Below, one piece after another: positions 44,770 through 60,500 of a DNA stretch of 64,000 nt. This DNA comes from Flaccisagitta enflata. Lineage: Eukaryota. The notes beneath the pieces are model-generated. The model had not been told where the DNA came from, searched no databases, and was given only the letters and a program-made list of their open reading frames with translations. The translations under genes were made by a program, and so were the position numbers. Numbering within the stretch: the first letter of the stretch is position 1; each line of letters begins with the position of its first letter. The DNA is taken from assembly GCA_965153355.1 (NCBI GenBank), contig OZ231126.1, positions 21,080,001-21,144,000 on the forward strand. The letters run 5' to 3'.

Positions 44770-45334
44770 CGAGAGAGCGAGAGAGAGCAGGGAGAAAAAC
44801 AGAGTCACTGAGAGAGAGAAAAATTAACAGGTCGCCCAAGGGCAATATGTGGTCAGCGATACCCGTTGTCCTGCTTTTCGTGGTTGCAAATTGGAATGAG
44901 AGGAAGCAGGGCAGCGGCCCTGAAGGAGACAAAGTCCTGTAGATCACAGGGGGACTTTTGTCTGTCCGTCCTTCCATCCGTCAGTTCTCGCCTTCAGGCT
45001 ATCTCCAAATCTGCCTCAGGCCCTGAATCTGCCTTCTCCTCGTGCTCGAAATCTGCCCTCCTTTAGGCCTTGAATCTGCGAGGGCAGATTTAAGGCCTGA
45101 GAGGACAGGTTTCAGGCCTGAGAAGGTAGATTCAAGGCCTGAGAGGGCAGATTTCAGGCTTGAGAGGGCAGATTGCAGGCCTGAGAGGGCAGATTTCAGG
45201 CCTGAGAGGGCAGATATCAGGTCTAAGAAGGCCTGGGGACTAACGAACAGATTTGGATGGATGGACGACGAACAAAGTCCCCCTTGCATTCTACAGGACT
45301 TTCCTCTCAGCCGCGCCTCAAAAGAGAGGGGGGA

Positions 45335-45429
<95 letters not shown>

Positions 45430-45477
45430 ACAGTGAGAAAAACAGAGTCACTGAAAGAGAGAAAAATTATACACACA

Positions 45478-45529
<52 letters not shown>

Positions 45530-45911
45530 CACACTCTGATACCAACAATATCAAAGACCTATTGAGCCAATAAGTATGATTCATATTCTGTCAGATACAG
45601 TCACGCAGACAGACAAACAGAAAGACGAAAACATTGGTTGAATAAATGATTGAATGAACGAATGAATGAATGAATGAATGAATGAATGAGTGAATGAATG
45701 AATGAATGAATGAGTGAATGAATGAATGAATGAATGAATGAATGAATGAATGAATGAATGAATGAATGAATGAATGAATGAATGAATGAATGAATGAATG
45801 TATGAAAAACACTAGAAAAAAAAACCAACAAGAAACAAAAAAATACACAAACAAACATAAGAAAGAAAACAAAGAAATGAAAACTGAATAAAAAGGATAG
45901 ACAGTGAGAAT

Positions 45912-45972
<61 letters not shown>

Positions 45973-47949
45973 CGGCGTCCGCGTGTAATCCATGAAACTG
46001 AGTCAGATATTGTTGCTTTCTCGGGTGTTGATCGTAACAGTCAGCGGCAGAAACTCAGTCCAAATTTACGGCTTTTCGATTTGAACTTTAGCGACGTCAT
46101 TGAGTGTGATTCACAATTTGTCAATTCAGTTTTGGGCTAGTTGAGAGCTCTACTCAAATGCTGGTCCTTGAATATCATTCAATTACTAGATCCTGACATT
46201 GATTACGAATTGATAGATTGGAGGCTCTAACTGGGCTCGTGCGACCGATGATGTGGCACCTGTAGCGTAATCATTGTCTTTTCAGTCTGAAAATGAGTAT
46301 GAATAACGGTTACAGCGCAGTCCTGCGGTTGCGAATCCTAAAATTCATGCTGCAATTTTTACTCTCTGGGGATGTGATACATAGCAACAGGGGCAGTGAC
46401 AATGATTTAGCATCTCATTACCTCACATAGGCTTCGCCGGATCAACGAGGCGCGGGGCCCCTTGATTCTTTTTTTATGTTCATGTATAGTTTTAAACTAC
46501 AATTGAAGTTCAAAATACCGTATCAATTAGCAAAAAGTAAAGAGAAACTCTGACGGCCTCAAAGACTGGTATTAGGATCTAAAGGCTAATATTTGGATGT
46601 AACCCGGGCCAGAAGGCCGCGATAAATGCTTAGCTCCAAGCTAGGATATGGGATTTTGCACTTGACTGGCCTGACCTGCAGCCATGGCCAAGGATAGTCT
46701 GAAGAATTAGCAAAAAGAGTGTTCTAATTCGTGTTTCCCAATTCCCAATGAACAATCTACAACAGCGTGTTTTTACTGTTCAAACTACGAGTTTGTCATT
46801 TTTAATAATTTGTGACTCTTCTTTCCTGTATTTCGATCACGTGATCAAAGGAAAGAATGTTCTTTGTCAATATAAAATAAGAAGGCGTAAACACAATTAG
46901 CAACAAATGTCAAAACAAAAGACTAACAACATCAACAAACGGACAGTTCTTTTTCACTCGGAGACAATTATGACGAAAACTCGATCCATTTTGAACGTTT
47001 ACACACACAAATTATAAAAATCGATCGCTGACTGTATCTCTCTCGCTCTCTTTCTCTTCCACTCCTCGATTATAAGTCGCGTGCACGCGACTCTATGAAC
47101 CACTCTATCCTTCTGTCGGTCAGTCGGTCGGTCCATAACACTTTGCTTTTTTTTCATCCTTTTATGTCATTTTAAGTTGTTTTAAGTTAATTTAAGTTAT
47201 TTAAAGACATTTTATATAGATTTACATCAAGTCTTTTAGTCTTTTAGTCTTTTAATCTTTAAGTTTTTTAGTCTTTTAGTTAAATCTTTCAGTCTTCTTG
47301 TCTTTTAGTTTTTTAGTCTTTTAATCTTTTAGTCTTTTAGTCTTAGTCTTAAAAACCGCACGCGACTGTAAGGTGTTGGCCTTGTTCAAAACAAAAATCA
47401 TTTTTCGGCATTTCGGCGTTTCTCTTTGATCGTGTCTTTAGGACGGTAATGTGTTCGTTAACAAGCGAATCTCTCAAAACACCCCCAAAAACCGTAGTTT
47501 TTGTTGATAAGTAAATGAGACAATTATTGATTTTCATATATCGGTCGATTATCGGTGTAAATGTCACATCCGGTTATCCGAAAAAGGATATCTTTTCGAT
47601 CACTCATGGCTCATCCGTTTGGGTGCTTCGCATAGCAAAAGTTGTTTCTTTCTTTTCGCCCTCTTTACCTAATGTGGAGTGACCAATTTTAGGACCCTTT
47701 CCAATTTTGTTTTATAAAAAATCGTTCATCTTCCGTTTTTTAGAAAATTGCTTTTAAGGACCTAATTTGCATAATGCAGTGCACTGTTCTGTATCTCCAC
47801 CTTGATGTTTAAACTAGGAGAACTGCCACTTTTATGACGGTTTCTAGTGGTCCAGCCCATGTATAATCTATGGCAAATGAGTGCAAAAAAATTCCTGAGG
47901 CGCTTTTTGAAATATTCACATTTTTTACCTTCATGAGGTACAGGTCATT

Positions 47950-48340
47950 GAACTTTCCCATTTTTTGGACAAGCAACCTTGTTTTGCTTGTAACTTTTGA
48001 ACGAATCGAGCTAGAAATGCCAGATTGGTCCCATTTTGAAGATCTCTTCAAGATCTTTCCAACTGTCACCAATTTTTTGTAAATCCGTTCAAAAATAATT
48101 GAGATATAACCTGTCAAACATGAGCAATTTTATGGGGATTTTGGACAATTATCTTGGTTATGGAATTTTTCCCATTTTTGGGACAATTTACTTGTTTTGC
48201 TCGTAACTTTTGAACGAATAAAGCTAGAAATGCCAGATTGGTCCCATTTTAAAGATTTTTTGAAGCTCTTTCAAACCGTCACAAATTTTTAGTGAATCCG
48301 TTAAAAAATGGCCGAGTTATGACTGGTCAAACAGGAACAA
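47950..48340. repeat. ~210-bp tandem duplication, probably DNA-transposon derived
   Basis: GTAACTTTTGAACGAAT..GCTAGAAATGCCAGATTGGTCCCATTTT occurs at ~47990 and ~48203. Confidence 0.7.
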
Positions 48341-51300
48341 TATCATTGTGATTTGGAACGATTTTCCCACCACCTTTTTCACAGTCTGATTTTGACTTTA
48401 GATACCTCCTTGGCTCCTAAAATCTGCGTAGGAGTCTTAATAATGTCCATCTGTTGGCCTGTGTGTCTGTCAATTGGCCTTTCAATCAGTGATCCTTAAC
48501 ACCAGTAAAGACTCAAGGCCTTGATTATGGCCTCACTGGTACACTAAAAGAACATGGGCTTCCGGATTGAAATCTAGTGTTTTAGTAAGAAGAAGCAGGG
48601 CAGCACCAGCTGCTCTCAATGGTTTGAAGTTCTTTAGAACACAGGGGGCTTTAGCTTTGCTCTGGACTAGCCTTTTTGGGCAAAGGCTCCGAACGAGACG
48701 AGGTCCTGCAGAACACAGGGGACAATCATTCGCTGGTCCGTTTGTCCGTTCCCTCCCTGGCCCCCTCATCAGGCCTTTCAGGCCTCAAATCTGGCCTCTG
48801 AAACCTCAAATCTGGACTCTCAGGCCTCAAATTCAGCCTCTCAGGCTTCAAATCCAACCTCTCAGGCCTCAAACCTGGCCTATCAGGCCTCAAATTAGGC
48901 TTCTCAGGCCTCAAATCCAAATTCTCAGGCCTCAAACCTGGCCTCTCAGGCCTCCAATTAGGCCTCTCAGGCCTCAAATTAGGCCTCTCAGACCTCAGAT
49001 TAGGGCCTTACATATAACACAAAAACAACTGAGTAACTGCATTATCATATTTACCACGACTAGCAAGATTGGTTTGAAAAGTATTCTAAGCAAGATTTGT
49101 AATAAAACAAGGCCAGATACATGGCTACAAAAGTCATGTGCAGGTGGGCAGGGGCCATACTTGAGGCCACTAGACCATTTTTGGGTCAGAGAAATAAAAT
49201 CATTAAAAAAAGTAAGATAGGGAGCGACCGACCGACAGACCAACAGACCGACCAACTGACTGACAGACGTACGGATGGACTGACAAAGGGGGTTGTCATG
49301 CATGTTAATGTTCGTTGTCAGGATTTGTTAACTATTGTGCGCGGAACCCAAATCAATTCATCTTGCAATTTTTTCAGAAAGGCAATACCATTAAAAAGGC
49401 TCATGACACATCTGCTACACGTAAGAGTGATATTAGACTGTCAGTAAGCGACAATGTACTACAGCCACAGTATCATGGTATGATTACCTTCAGACCAATC
49501 ACACATATTTTTGGGGCCATATGTCTATGACCAGAAGTCCATTTTCTCCAAATTCTTGATTTTCAGGGTATTCAATCATGCTGGACAAAATGTGTTTTTA
49601 TTCATTTCTTCTAGTCCATTCCTTCCTCCCTAGACCAGAAACGGTGCAAAAAGACCACTGATTAACAGGTCGCCCAAGGGCAATATGTGTTCAGCGATAC
49701 CCACTGCCCTGCTTTGCATAATTGTCAATTGAAGTGAGAGGAAACGGGACAGCGGCCCAGAAGGAGACAAAGTCCTGTAGAACAGGGGGACTTTTCTTCG
49801 TCCATCCTTCATCTGTTCCCTCAGGCCCTCTCAGGCCTAAAATCTACCCTCTCAGGTCTGAAATCTGCTCTCTCAGGCCTCGCACTCTAATTGACAATTA
49901 TGCAAAGCAGGGCAACGGGTATTGCTGAGCACATTTTGCCCTTGGGGGACCTATTAATCAGTAATCTTTTTGCACCGTTTCTGGTCTAGGGAGGAAGGAA
50001 TGGACTAGAAGAAATGAATAAAAACACATTTTGTCCAGCATGGTTGAATAACCTGAAAATCAAGAATTTGGGAAAAACGGACTTCTGGTCAAAGATATAT
50101 GGCCCCCAAAACATGTGTGATTGGTCTGAAGATAGTTATGCCATGATACTGCGGCTGTAGTACACTATCGCTTGCTGACAGTCTGATGTCACTCGGCATG
50201 TAGCAGATGTGTTATAAGCCTTTTTAACGGCATTATTTTCTTCTGGAAAAATTGCGAGATGAATTGATCAGTTCCGCGCACAATAGTTAACAAATCCTGA
50301 CAACAAATACTTTTTTTCTGTTTTTATTAATTTTTTTTTAGTAACATGCGCGCGACTCTACAACCCCCTTTGTCAGTCAATCTGTCCGTCTGTCAGTCAG
50401 TTGGTCGGTCTGTTGGTCTGTCGGTCGGTCGCTCCCCATTTGGCTTTACTTCTTTTTTTATGAATTTTTTTCTGACCCTGAAAACGGTTCAGTGACCCAA
50501 AACTATCCCTGCCCACCTGCACGTGACTTTGGTAGCCATGTATCTGGCCTTGTTTTATCACAAATCTTGCTTAGAATACTTTTCAAACCAATCTTGCTAG
50601 TCGTGGTAAATATGATAATGCAGCTACTCAGTTGTTTTTGTGTTTTAGAGAGTGGATGGAGTGAGCGGATGAAAAAGTGGAGGGGATGGAGTGGAGGCTG
50701 ATTAGTTGAGAGCGATGAATGGAGAGTTGGCCTGAAGCTTTTGGAGGCTGGCTCACCTCCCGGCCCATATTTCATTCCCATATTCCAGGTCTAGCCCAAG
50801 TTTCCAACCCAAAGCCCAAATCCCCAAAGCATTTACACCATCAAAAACCGTTAGTCCACAACAAGCTAAAGCCCCCCTGTCTGTGTTCTAAAGAACTTCA
50901 AACCATTAAGGGCAGCTGGTGCTGCCCTGCTTCCTCTTACTAAAACACTAGATTTCAATCCTGAAGCCTATGGTCTTATAGTGTAGCAGTGAGGCCACAA
51001 TCAAGGTCTTGAGTCTTTACTTGTGATAATGATCACTGATTGAAAGGCCAATTGACAGACACACAGGCCAACAGATGGATCGACATACATATTAAGACTC
51101 CTAAGCAGATTTTAGAAGCCAAGGAGGTATCTAAAGTCAAAATCAGACTGTGAAAAAGGTGGTGGGAAAATCGGTCCAAATCACAATGATATTGTTCCTG
51201 TTTGACCAGTCATAACTGCCATTTTTTAACGGATCCACAAAAATTTGTGACGTTTCAGAGCTTCTAAAAATCTTTTAAAATGGGACCAATCTGGCATTTC

Positions 51301-53441
51301 TAGTCTATCTGCTCAAAGTTGGCTTATGCAAACAAGTAAATTGTCCTAAAATGGGAAAAATCTACAACCAAGATAATTGGCCCAAAATCCTCATAAAATT
51401 GCTCATGTTTGATAGGTTATATCTCAATTATTTTTGAACGGATTTACAAAAAATTGGTGATAAAGCAAAAGATCTTGAAGAGATCTGAGATGATGAGGAT
51501 GATAGTGAAGAGGTAAGGAGAGAGTGGAGTCAGGAGTAAATGGATATTAAGAGATGGAGAATGGAGATGAGAACCTTGCAGATTGATGATGCAGGCAGAG
51601 AGGAAGACATGAATGGAGTGGAGGAGATTGAGAGCACCGCAATATGCAAATTAGAACTTTTAAAAGCAATTTTCAAAAACGGAAGATGAACGATTTTTTA
51701 TAAAACAAAATTGGAAAGGGTCCTAAAATTGGTCACTCCACATTAGGTAAAGAGGGCGAAAAGAAAGAAACAACTTTTGCTATGCGAAGCACCCAAACGG
51801 ATGAGCCATGAGTGATCGAAAAGATATCCTTTTTCGGATAACCGGATGTGACATTTACACCGATAATCGACCGATATATGAAAATCAATAATTGTCTCAT
51901 TTACTTATCAACAAAAACTACGGTTTTTGGGGGTGTTTTGAGAGATTCGCTTGTTAACGAACACATTACCGTCCTAAAGACACGATCAAAGAGAAACGCC
52001 GAAATGCCGAAAAATGATTTTTGTTTTGAACAAGGCCAACACCTTACAGTCGCGTGCGGTTTTTAAGACTAAGACTAAAAGACTAAAAGATTAAAAGACT
52101 AAAAAACTAAAAGACAAGAAGACTGAAAGATTTAACTAAAAGACTAAAAAACTTAAAGATTAAAAGACTAAAAGACTAAAAGACTTGATGTAAATCTATA
52201 TAAAATGTCTTTAAATAACTTAAATTAACTTAAAACAACTTAAAATGACATAAAAGGATGAAAAAAAAGCAAAGTGTTATGGACCGACCGACTGACCGAC
52301 AGAAGGATAGAGTGGTTCATAGAGTCGCGTGCACGCGACTTATAATCGAGGAGTGGAAGAGAAAGAGAGCGAGAGAGATACAGTCAGCGATCGATTTTTA
52401 TAATTTGTGTGTGTAAACGTTCAAAATGGATCGAGTTTTCGTCATAATTGTCTCCGAGTGAAAAAGAACTGTCCGTTTGTTGATGTTGTTAGTCTTTTGT
52501 TTTGACATTTGTTGCTAATTGTGTTTACGCCTTCTTATTTTATATTGACAAAGAACATTCTTTCCTTTGATCACGTGATCGAAATACAGGAAAGAAGAGT
52601 CACAAATTATTAAAAATGACAAACTCGTAGTTTGAACAGTAAAAACACGCTGTTGTAGATTGTTCATTGGGAATTGGGAAACACGAATTAGAACACTCTT
52701 TTTGCTAATTCTTCAGACTATCCTTGGCCATGGCTGCAGGTCAGGCCAGTCAAGTGCAAAATCCCATATCCTAGCTTGGAGCTAAGCATTTATCGCGGCC
52801 TTCTGGCCCGGGTTACATCCAAATATTAGCCTTTAGATCCTAATACCAGTCTTTGAGGCCGTCAGAGTTTCTCTTTACTTTTTGCTAATTGATACGGTAT
52901 TTTGAACTTCAATTGTAGTTTAAAACTATACATGAACATAAAAAAAGAATCAAGGGGCCCCGCGCCTCGTTGATCCGGCGAAGCCTATGTGAGGTAATGA
53001 GATGCTAAATCATTGTCACTGCCCCTGTTGCTATGTATCACATCCCCAGAGAGTAAAAATTGCAGCATGAATTTTAGGATTCGCAACCGCAGGACTGCGC
53101 TGTAACCGTTATTCATACTCATTTTCAGACTGAAAAGACAATGATTACGCTACAGGTGCCACATCATCGGTCGCACGAGCCCAGTTAGAGCCTCCAATCT
53201 ATCAATTCGTAATCAATGTCAGGATCTAGTAATTGAATGATATTCAAGGACCAGCATTTGAGTAGAGCTCTCAACTAGCCCAAAACTGAATTGACAAATT
53301 GTGAATCACACTCAATGACGTCGCTAAAGTTCAAATCGAAAAGCCGTAAATTTGGACTGAGTTTCTGCCGCTGACTGTTACGATCAACACCCGAGAAAGC
53401 AACAATATCTGACTCAGTTTCATGGATTACACGCGGACGCC

Positions 53442-53583
<142 letters not shown>

Positions 53584-53938
53584 ATTCTCACTGTCTATCC
53601 TTTTTATTCAGTTTTCTATTTCCTTGTTTTCTTCTGTGTTTGCTTCAGGTACGTGGAGGTGGAGAGGTTTAGTGTTTTTCATACATTCATTCATTCATTC
53701 ATTCATTCATTCATTCATTCATTCATTCATTCATTCATCCATTCATTCATCTATCGGTTCATTCATTCATTCATTCATTCATTCATTCATTCATTCATTC
53801 ATTCATTCGTTCATTCAATCATTTATTCAACCAATGTTTTCGTCTTTCTGTTTGTCTGTCTGCGTGACTGTATCTGACAGAATATGAATCATACTTATTG
53901 GCTCAATAGGTCTTTGATATTGTTGGTATCAGAGTGTG

Positions 53939-53990
<52 letters not shown>

Positions 53991-54013
53991 TGTGTGTCTC
54001 TCTCTCTCTCTCT

Positions 54014-54045
<32 letters not shown>

Positions 54046-54981
54046 TTCCCTCTCTTTTGGGCAGCGGCCCCGAAGGGGAAGAAGTCCTGTAGAATACAGG
54101 GGGACTTTTGTTCGTCCGTCCATCCATCCGTCTGTTCGTTAGTCCCCCCAGGCCTTCTTAGACCTGAGTATCTGCCCTCCCAGGCCTGGGAAATTGCCCC
54201 TCTCTCAGGCCTGCAATCTGGCTCCTCTCAAGTTTGAAATTGCCTCTCTCAGGCTTTGACACCACTCTCTTCTCAGCCTGAAACCAGTCCTCAGGGTCCT
54301 AAATCTGCCCTCGCGCAGACTCCAGGCCTGGAGAGGGCAGATTTCAGGCCTGAAGAGGGCAGATTTCAGGCCTGGAGAGGGCAGATTTCAGGCCTGGAGA
54401 GGTTCGGGGAACTGACGGATGGAAGGACGTGACAAATAAAAAGTCCCCTGTATTCTATGGTGACTTGTCTCCTTCAGCGCCGCTGCCCCGCTTCCTCCTC
54501 ATTCCACCTGCAACCACGCAAAGCGCAGGACAACGGTATCGCTGACCACATATTGCCTCATGACGCAGCACTTTTTCCTCCCAGTGATCTGTTTTTCTTC
54601 CTGCTCTTTCCGCCCCTCTCGTCTCTGTCTCTGTCTCTGTCTCTCTCACCCTCTGTCCTCTCATCCCTCTCCTCCTCTCCTCCTCCCTCTCTTCTTCCCT
54701 TCCCACCCTCTTTGACTCTTTTCTCTCAGTGACTCTGTTTTTCTCACTGCTCTCTCTCGCTCTCTCGCTCGCTGTCTCTCTGTTTCTCTCTCCATTCCTT
54801 GAGTCTCATAAATCATAAGACAAGGCGAAGATAGTCGATTCTGCCTTTGATCTTCGCCGCTGACGAGCGCAACTTCAATCGGACCGACACAGTTTAGGCT
54901 TATTGATATTTGTACAGTTATGTCATAGTTATACGGTAGTACAACACTTCTTCCTAACATTCCCTGTCAAAACCCCGAGAC

Positions 54982-55039
<58 letters not shown>

Positions 55040-55118
55040 AGTGAGTTTGAAAATGATAAACAGACAATGATGTACGGCGACGATGATGTTCTCTCGTCGG
55101 GGAAAATGAAACGCTTGA

Positions 55119-55218
<100 letters not shown>

Positions 55219-55355
55219 TGTATGAATTCACTCTATACTGAGTTTATAATCATAGCAAAGCGTGGTCATCTCTAAAGAGCAAAAAGTAAAAGAACTATGC
55301 TAAAATCTATTTGTTTGCAAAGGCAAATTACGGTTTTTAGATGAAGTTGGTCAAA

Positions 55356-55459
<104 letters not shown>

Positions 55460-55982
55460 TTATGTATCATGTACAGACAACAGAATCGGAGAAACAATGG
55501 CTGGATTACTAATAGCATCCCGTCTGCAAGGCCAAATTCAGGCAAATGGGATAATTTGGTTAAATAATCTTAATCTATGTCTAAGCCTTAGACTTAGCTT
55601 TAGATTCTATGGTGCTATTACATGGCCATAAAGACCCAGATTCTTGCCTCAAGCTTCTTATTCTGGCTTCTAAGACCCAGATAATGACCTACAAGACTCA
55701 GTCACTCAGAACCCACCCTTTTCCACCAAGATCTGAGACCAATCAAATCAGATTCCTTTTGCGTATTCCAGGGCTTTTTCCTCTTCAGAGACCAGGGCAC
55801 AGATAGTACCGACCATATTCATTCACTGCCTTATGGCGCTGCTCTTCCCCACAAGTGTGCGGGACTGTCTGTGCGTGACAGACTCACTCATCTCATTACT
55901 GACTGGCATGGCCAATCGCCGTTCTGAAAAAGTCATAAATGCTGCTGGAGAAAATGAGAGAGAAAAAGAGAGTGAGAGAGAA

Positions 55983-56099
<117 letters not shown>

Positions 56100-56154
56100 T
56101 GACAGAAGCACCCTCCAGACCGGTGCGAGGCCAATTGCGCATCCGAGACAGACT

Positions 56155-56252
<98 letters not shown>

Positions 56253-56921
56253 CAATTAACTCGATTCCGCGTTTTGGGGAAAAATGCGAAAAATGTGAAA
56301 AAATTAAAAAAGATTTAAAAAATCATAGCTCCAAAACGGCCTATTCACTGAATCGCGAAAGAAAATCTTGAAAATGGCCCTGTCAAGTCTCATTCCACTA
56401 AAGCACGACGTCGAGCTTCAGTGAAATTGGCATTCGTGATTCAGAGGATTGATACCTGACCTCTGTTCGTGCATTAGTGGATTGATACTTAACCCATTCA
56501 CTCACCTGAACGGGTTAGGGTTAACCCAAACCCTAACCCTAGCCTCTCAACTCCAACCCTAACCCTCAACCCTAACCCTAACCCGCAACATATACCTCCA
56601 AAGTGAAGTCAAAACCTTTCAACCTAACCTTTCAACTCCCAACTCCGCAACATGTTCCAAAGTGAAGCTTAACCTTAACCCCAACCCTGAACCCGCAAAT
56701 ATTATACCTCAAATCAGAAGTCAACTCCCACCTCATCCCAACCTCAACCCATGTCTCCCGTGCCAGGTTTTCAACAAGTTAGGGTTAGGCTTGATGTTAG
56801 GTTAGGCTTGAGGTGTTAGGTTAATGTTTCAGTAAGTGAGCGACATGCACCCGCCCATGAGCGTCGCGTGTTAAGGTTAGGGTTAGGGTTAGCGTTATAA
56901 GAAAGTATAGCACTTTTACGC

Positions 56922-56974
<53 letters not shown>

Positions 56975-57031
56975 TGTGCCTGTTTGTGAGGTTGTGTGAC
57001 ACTGTGTGTGTCAGTGACTAAATTTTTGTGT

Positions 57032-57068
<37 letters not shown>

Positions 57069-57279
57069 ATTGTGTGAGTGTGTGTGTGTGAGTGGGTGTG
57101 TATTTGTTTTTACCGTAGTAGGTTAAATTTGGGCTTTTTTAGGGCACCCTAGCCAAGGAGCTGCCCACCTATGTGGTCATGTTTTACGGAGCCTTTGAAT
57201 CCATTGAAGAAAGAAAGACAGTAAAAACGAAAGGAAGAAAGGAAGAAAGAAAGAAAGAAAGAAAGAGAGAAAGAAAGAG

Positions 57280-57370
<91 letters not shown>

Positions 57371-57371
57371 A

Positions 57372-57430
<59 letters not shown>

Positions 57431-57487
57431 CAAAAACGTAAAAAAAAATTAAAAGAAAGAGAAAGAAAGCAAGAAAGAATCCAGAAA

Positions 57488-57523
<36 letters not shown>

Positions 57524-57550
57524 GAAAAGAAAAAAAGAAAGAAAGAAAGG

Positions 57551-57584
<34 letters not shown>

Positions 57585-60500
57585 AAACGAAAGATAGAAA
57601 AAACGAAAGATAGAGAGAAAGAAAATGTGGGATGGATGGATGGGTGAATTAAAGTCTCCTAGAATGGCATTTGCCAATTGAATACGACGATTTTTTTAGA
57701 ACGCAAGCGCTAAATTATCTCATCCTCACCCTTCTAAATTCTAATCCTACACAACTGACGCCACCTTTGCATTCTACTTTCTTCAATGGGCCCAAACAAA
57801 CAGGGTCACCGCCGCATTTAGGAACAATCAAGGATGTGTTACTATGGCAAAGAAAAAAAAACTCAACAGCTTCTTTCTCATTTTTCTGCTGAATGTTCTA
57901 CGCAAAATTCAGTACAATAATCAAAGTCAAGGGACTAACCAATTTCATATATCATAGGCAGTTTTCCATTATTGCCAATAAAAGAAGTAAGAAATGGTTT
58001 GAAGGGATCATCATTTCATATCCAGTATTGGCGGATTACCATCATACTTGGGTTCATTTTTGTGGGTTGCAACTATACGCATATTGACTCAGTCAACACA
58101 TATTGCCCGATTGGGTTTGTTTCTGCTGATCCGTCAATTTCAATCTTTCCATCTTCCAATTCATCAGTGACCATGGCGTTTTCATCCCTTTGATCTGCTT
58201 GGTTTAAAAAAGATACTAAAAATCAAGGGACCGTTTGAAATATATTATAAAGTTTTTTTTTTTTTAAGTCGCGTGTTACGTGACTCTATAAGCCGTTTTT
58301 TGGTCCGTCGGTCTGTTGGTCAGTTGTTTCAAAGTTTTTTTTTCGAGTTTTTCATGTTTTTGAGAAGTGGAGAAGAAGCTTTGAGGGTTAGGGGAAGGGT
58401 TAGGGTTAGGGTTTGTCTGTCTGTCTGCCTGACTTTTTAGTTGCGGACACGCAACTCTATAAGAGGCTTTCTTTGTCTGTCTGTCCTGGAGTTTACCAGT
58501 CTGTCCGTCCAGAATTATCGAAATAAAAGTGGGAAAACGCGCATTTCCGCCCCTGCCCACCTGTCCGCAACTGATTACCGTGTATCCGGCCTTGTTTTTG
58601 AAAGTGCCGACGCACATGACTTAGGTCTAATGACCTTGTTTAATCTAGACCAAGCAGAAAGTTGTAATTCCATTTGGTTAGAAATGGCGGCAGTATGAAG
58701 TGAGCATCCCTACAACCCGTAAATTGAAGGAATTCTGAAATTCTTGTTTTTTCTATGGTGATACCCATGACCTATCTACGTTAATTCGCTTAGAATGGCA
58801 AACTGGAAAAGGCAAAACTCCACAAACTGAAATGAATGAAATGTCCCACCTGACAGGTTTCCATTTGATACCTTTAAGAAAAGGCCTATTATGTCTCAGA
58901 GAATGGGATTCCCGTCGTTTGTCCGTCTGTCTGCTCATCTCCCAGGCCCTCTCAGGCCTGAAATCTATTCTCTCAGGCCTAAAATTCACCCTCTCTATGC
59001 CTGAAATTCAGTTTCAGGGCTGAAACTCTGTCCTAAAGGCCCCAACTCCTGCAGATTCATGTCAAGAGGGCAAAATTTCCCCAGGCCTGAGAGGGCAGAT
59101 TTTAGGCCTGAGAGGGCAGACTTCAGGCCTGAGAGGGGCCTGGGGAATGGGACGGGCGGAATGGATGGACCAAATGAATGAGTCCCCCTGTGTTCTACAG
59201 GACTTGTCCTTCAAACAGAAGGAAAAGAGATAACTTCTTCACAACCATGCAAAGTAGGGGCAACGGGGTACCGCTGACCATCTAACGCTTTGACTATTAC
59301 TTTTTTGGTGCTTTTGCTTTTTTGAGTGTACGGCGCCTGCCCAGATGCCCTGGTGACCTTCTCCAGCACTGCTCCTGCCCACCCGCACGCGACTAGGGTA
59401 GCCGTGTATCCGGCCTTGTTCTAGCTCTCTTCTGGCTCTCACTCCTCTTCAGCTGATTACTTCAAGCAGGGCATCGGGTACCATGTGCCTTGGATAACGT
59501 GTTTTCTCCCTTGTTAAGGAGGCTGAGATATGGGTTTGAAGGCAGTGGTTTGAACCTTAGGGGGGATGGATGGATTGACAGATGGACAGAGAAGGGAGAG
59601 GTGAAGTTTCTTCTTATGTTGTTACATAGGTCATTGGCTCCTATAGGGTCTCTGCCCAAAAAAGTCAATATCTGTGCGTGTGGGGCATGTGTTGAAATCG
59701 AGTGGATCTTGAATTATGACAGTAAAGTTAAGGAATCACCTTCAAAATAGGCAATTCGGGTGAAAAATCCAACAAACTCGGTTGGGCAAATGATAAAAGT
59801 TGAACTCTGCTCTAACAAACCCGCCACCAACGGAATTCCGCCTGTAATTGATGCTAATTCAGAGTCCTGTCAAGTAAATTTCATTTATTTCCTTTGTTAC
59901 ACAACAGAGTTCCATCTTACACAGGTGAAACAAGGCCAGATACACGGCAATCCAGTCACAGACGGCCGGGCAGGAGCAGCCATGCAAAAACTGCTTGGAA
60001 TTCAAAAATGTGACGACCAACCAACTGACCTACCAACCAACCGACACGGCAAGATATAGAGTTGCGTGTTCGCGACTAAAAATAGTTGGTCCCCTGAAAT
60101 CCGTTAGAGCAGGGTTCAACTGTATCATGAACTAAAGATTTGCGTTCATACAGGTTTTTTTTTAGGCCAGCACGCCGGTTACAAAACACCATTTCTTAGC
60201 TGCTAGAAATGAGAATTAAATTCTGAAAAAAGTTTTGTACAGCTCGTGACCTCCGATTTTGTCTGTTGACTTCATTTAAATGCAAGCTTAATTGCTCTCT
60301 TAAAATTAAACTTTAGAAAATCAGTGACCATTAGAAAAATGTTCAAAAGTTCTTTAAAACTAGACCAAGCAGAATATTGTGAGTTTTTTTGTTAACAAAT
60401 GACAACTAAATGAAGTTGATTACTCTGCTCTTGCCAAAGTAGATCATTCGATCATAAAAAAAATTCCTCGTTTTTTTAAGTAATGGGTGGTCAAAAAAAA

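Noticed and set aside
47349..52066. Identical 72-aa ORFs on opposite strands as a conserved gene pair
   Set aside because: Identity follows from the inverted duplication, and the ORF runs into a family-A end
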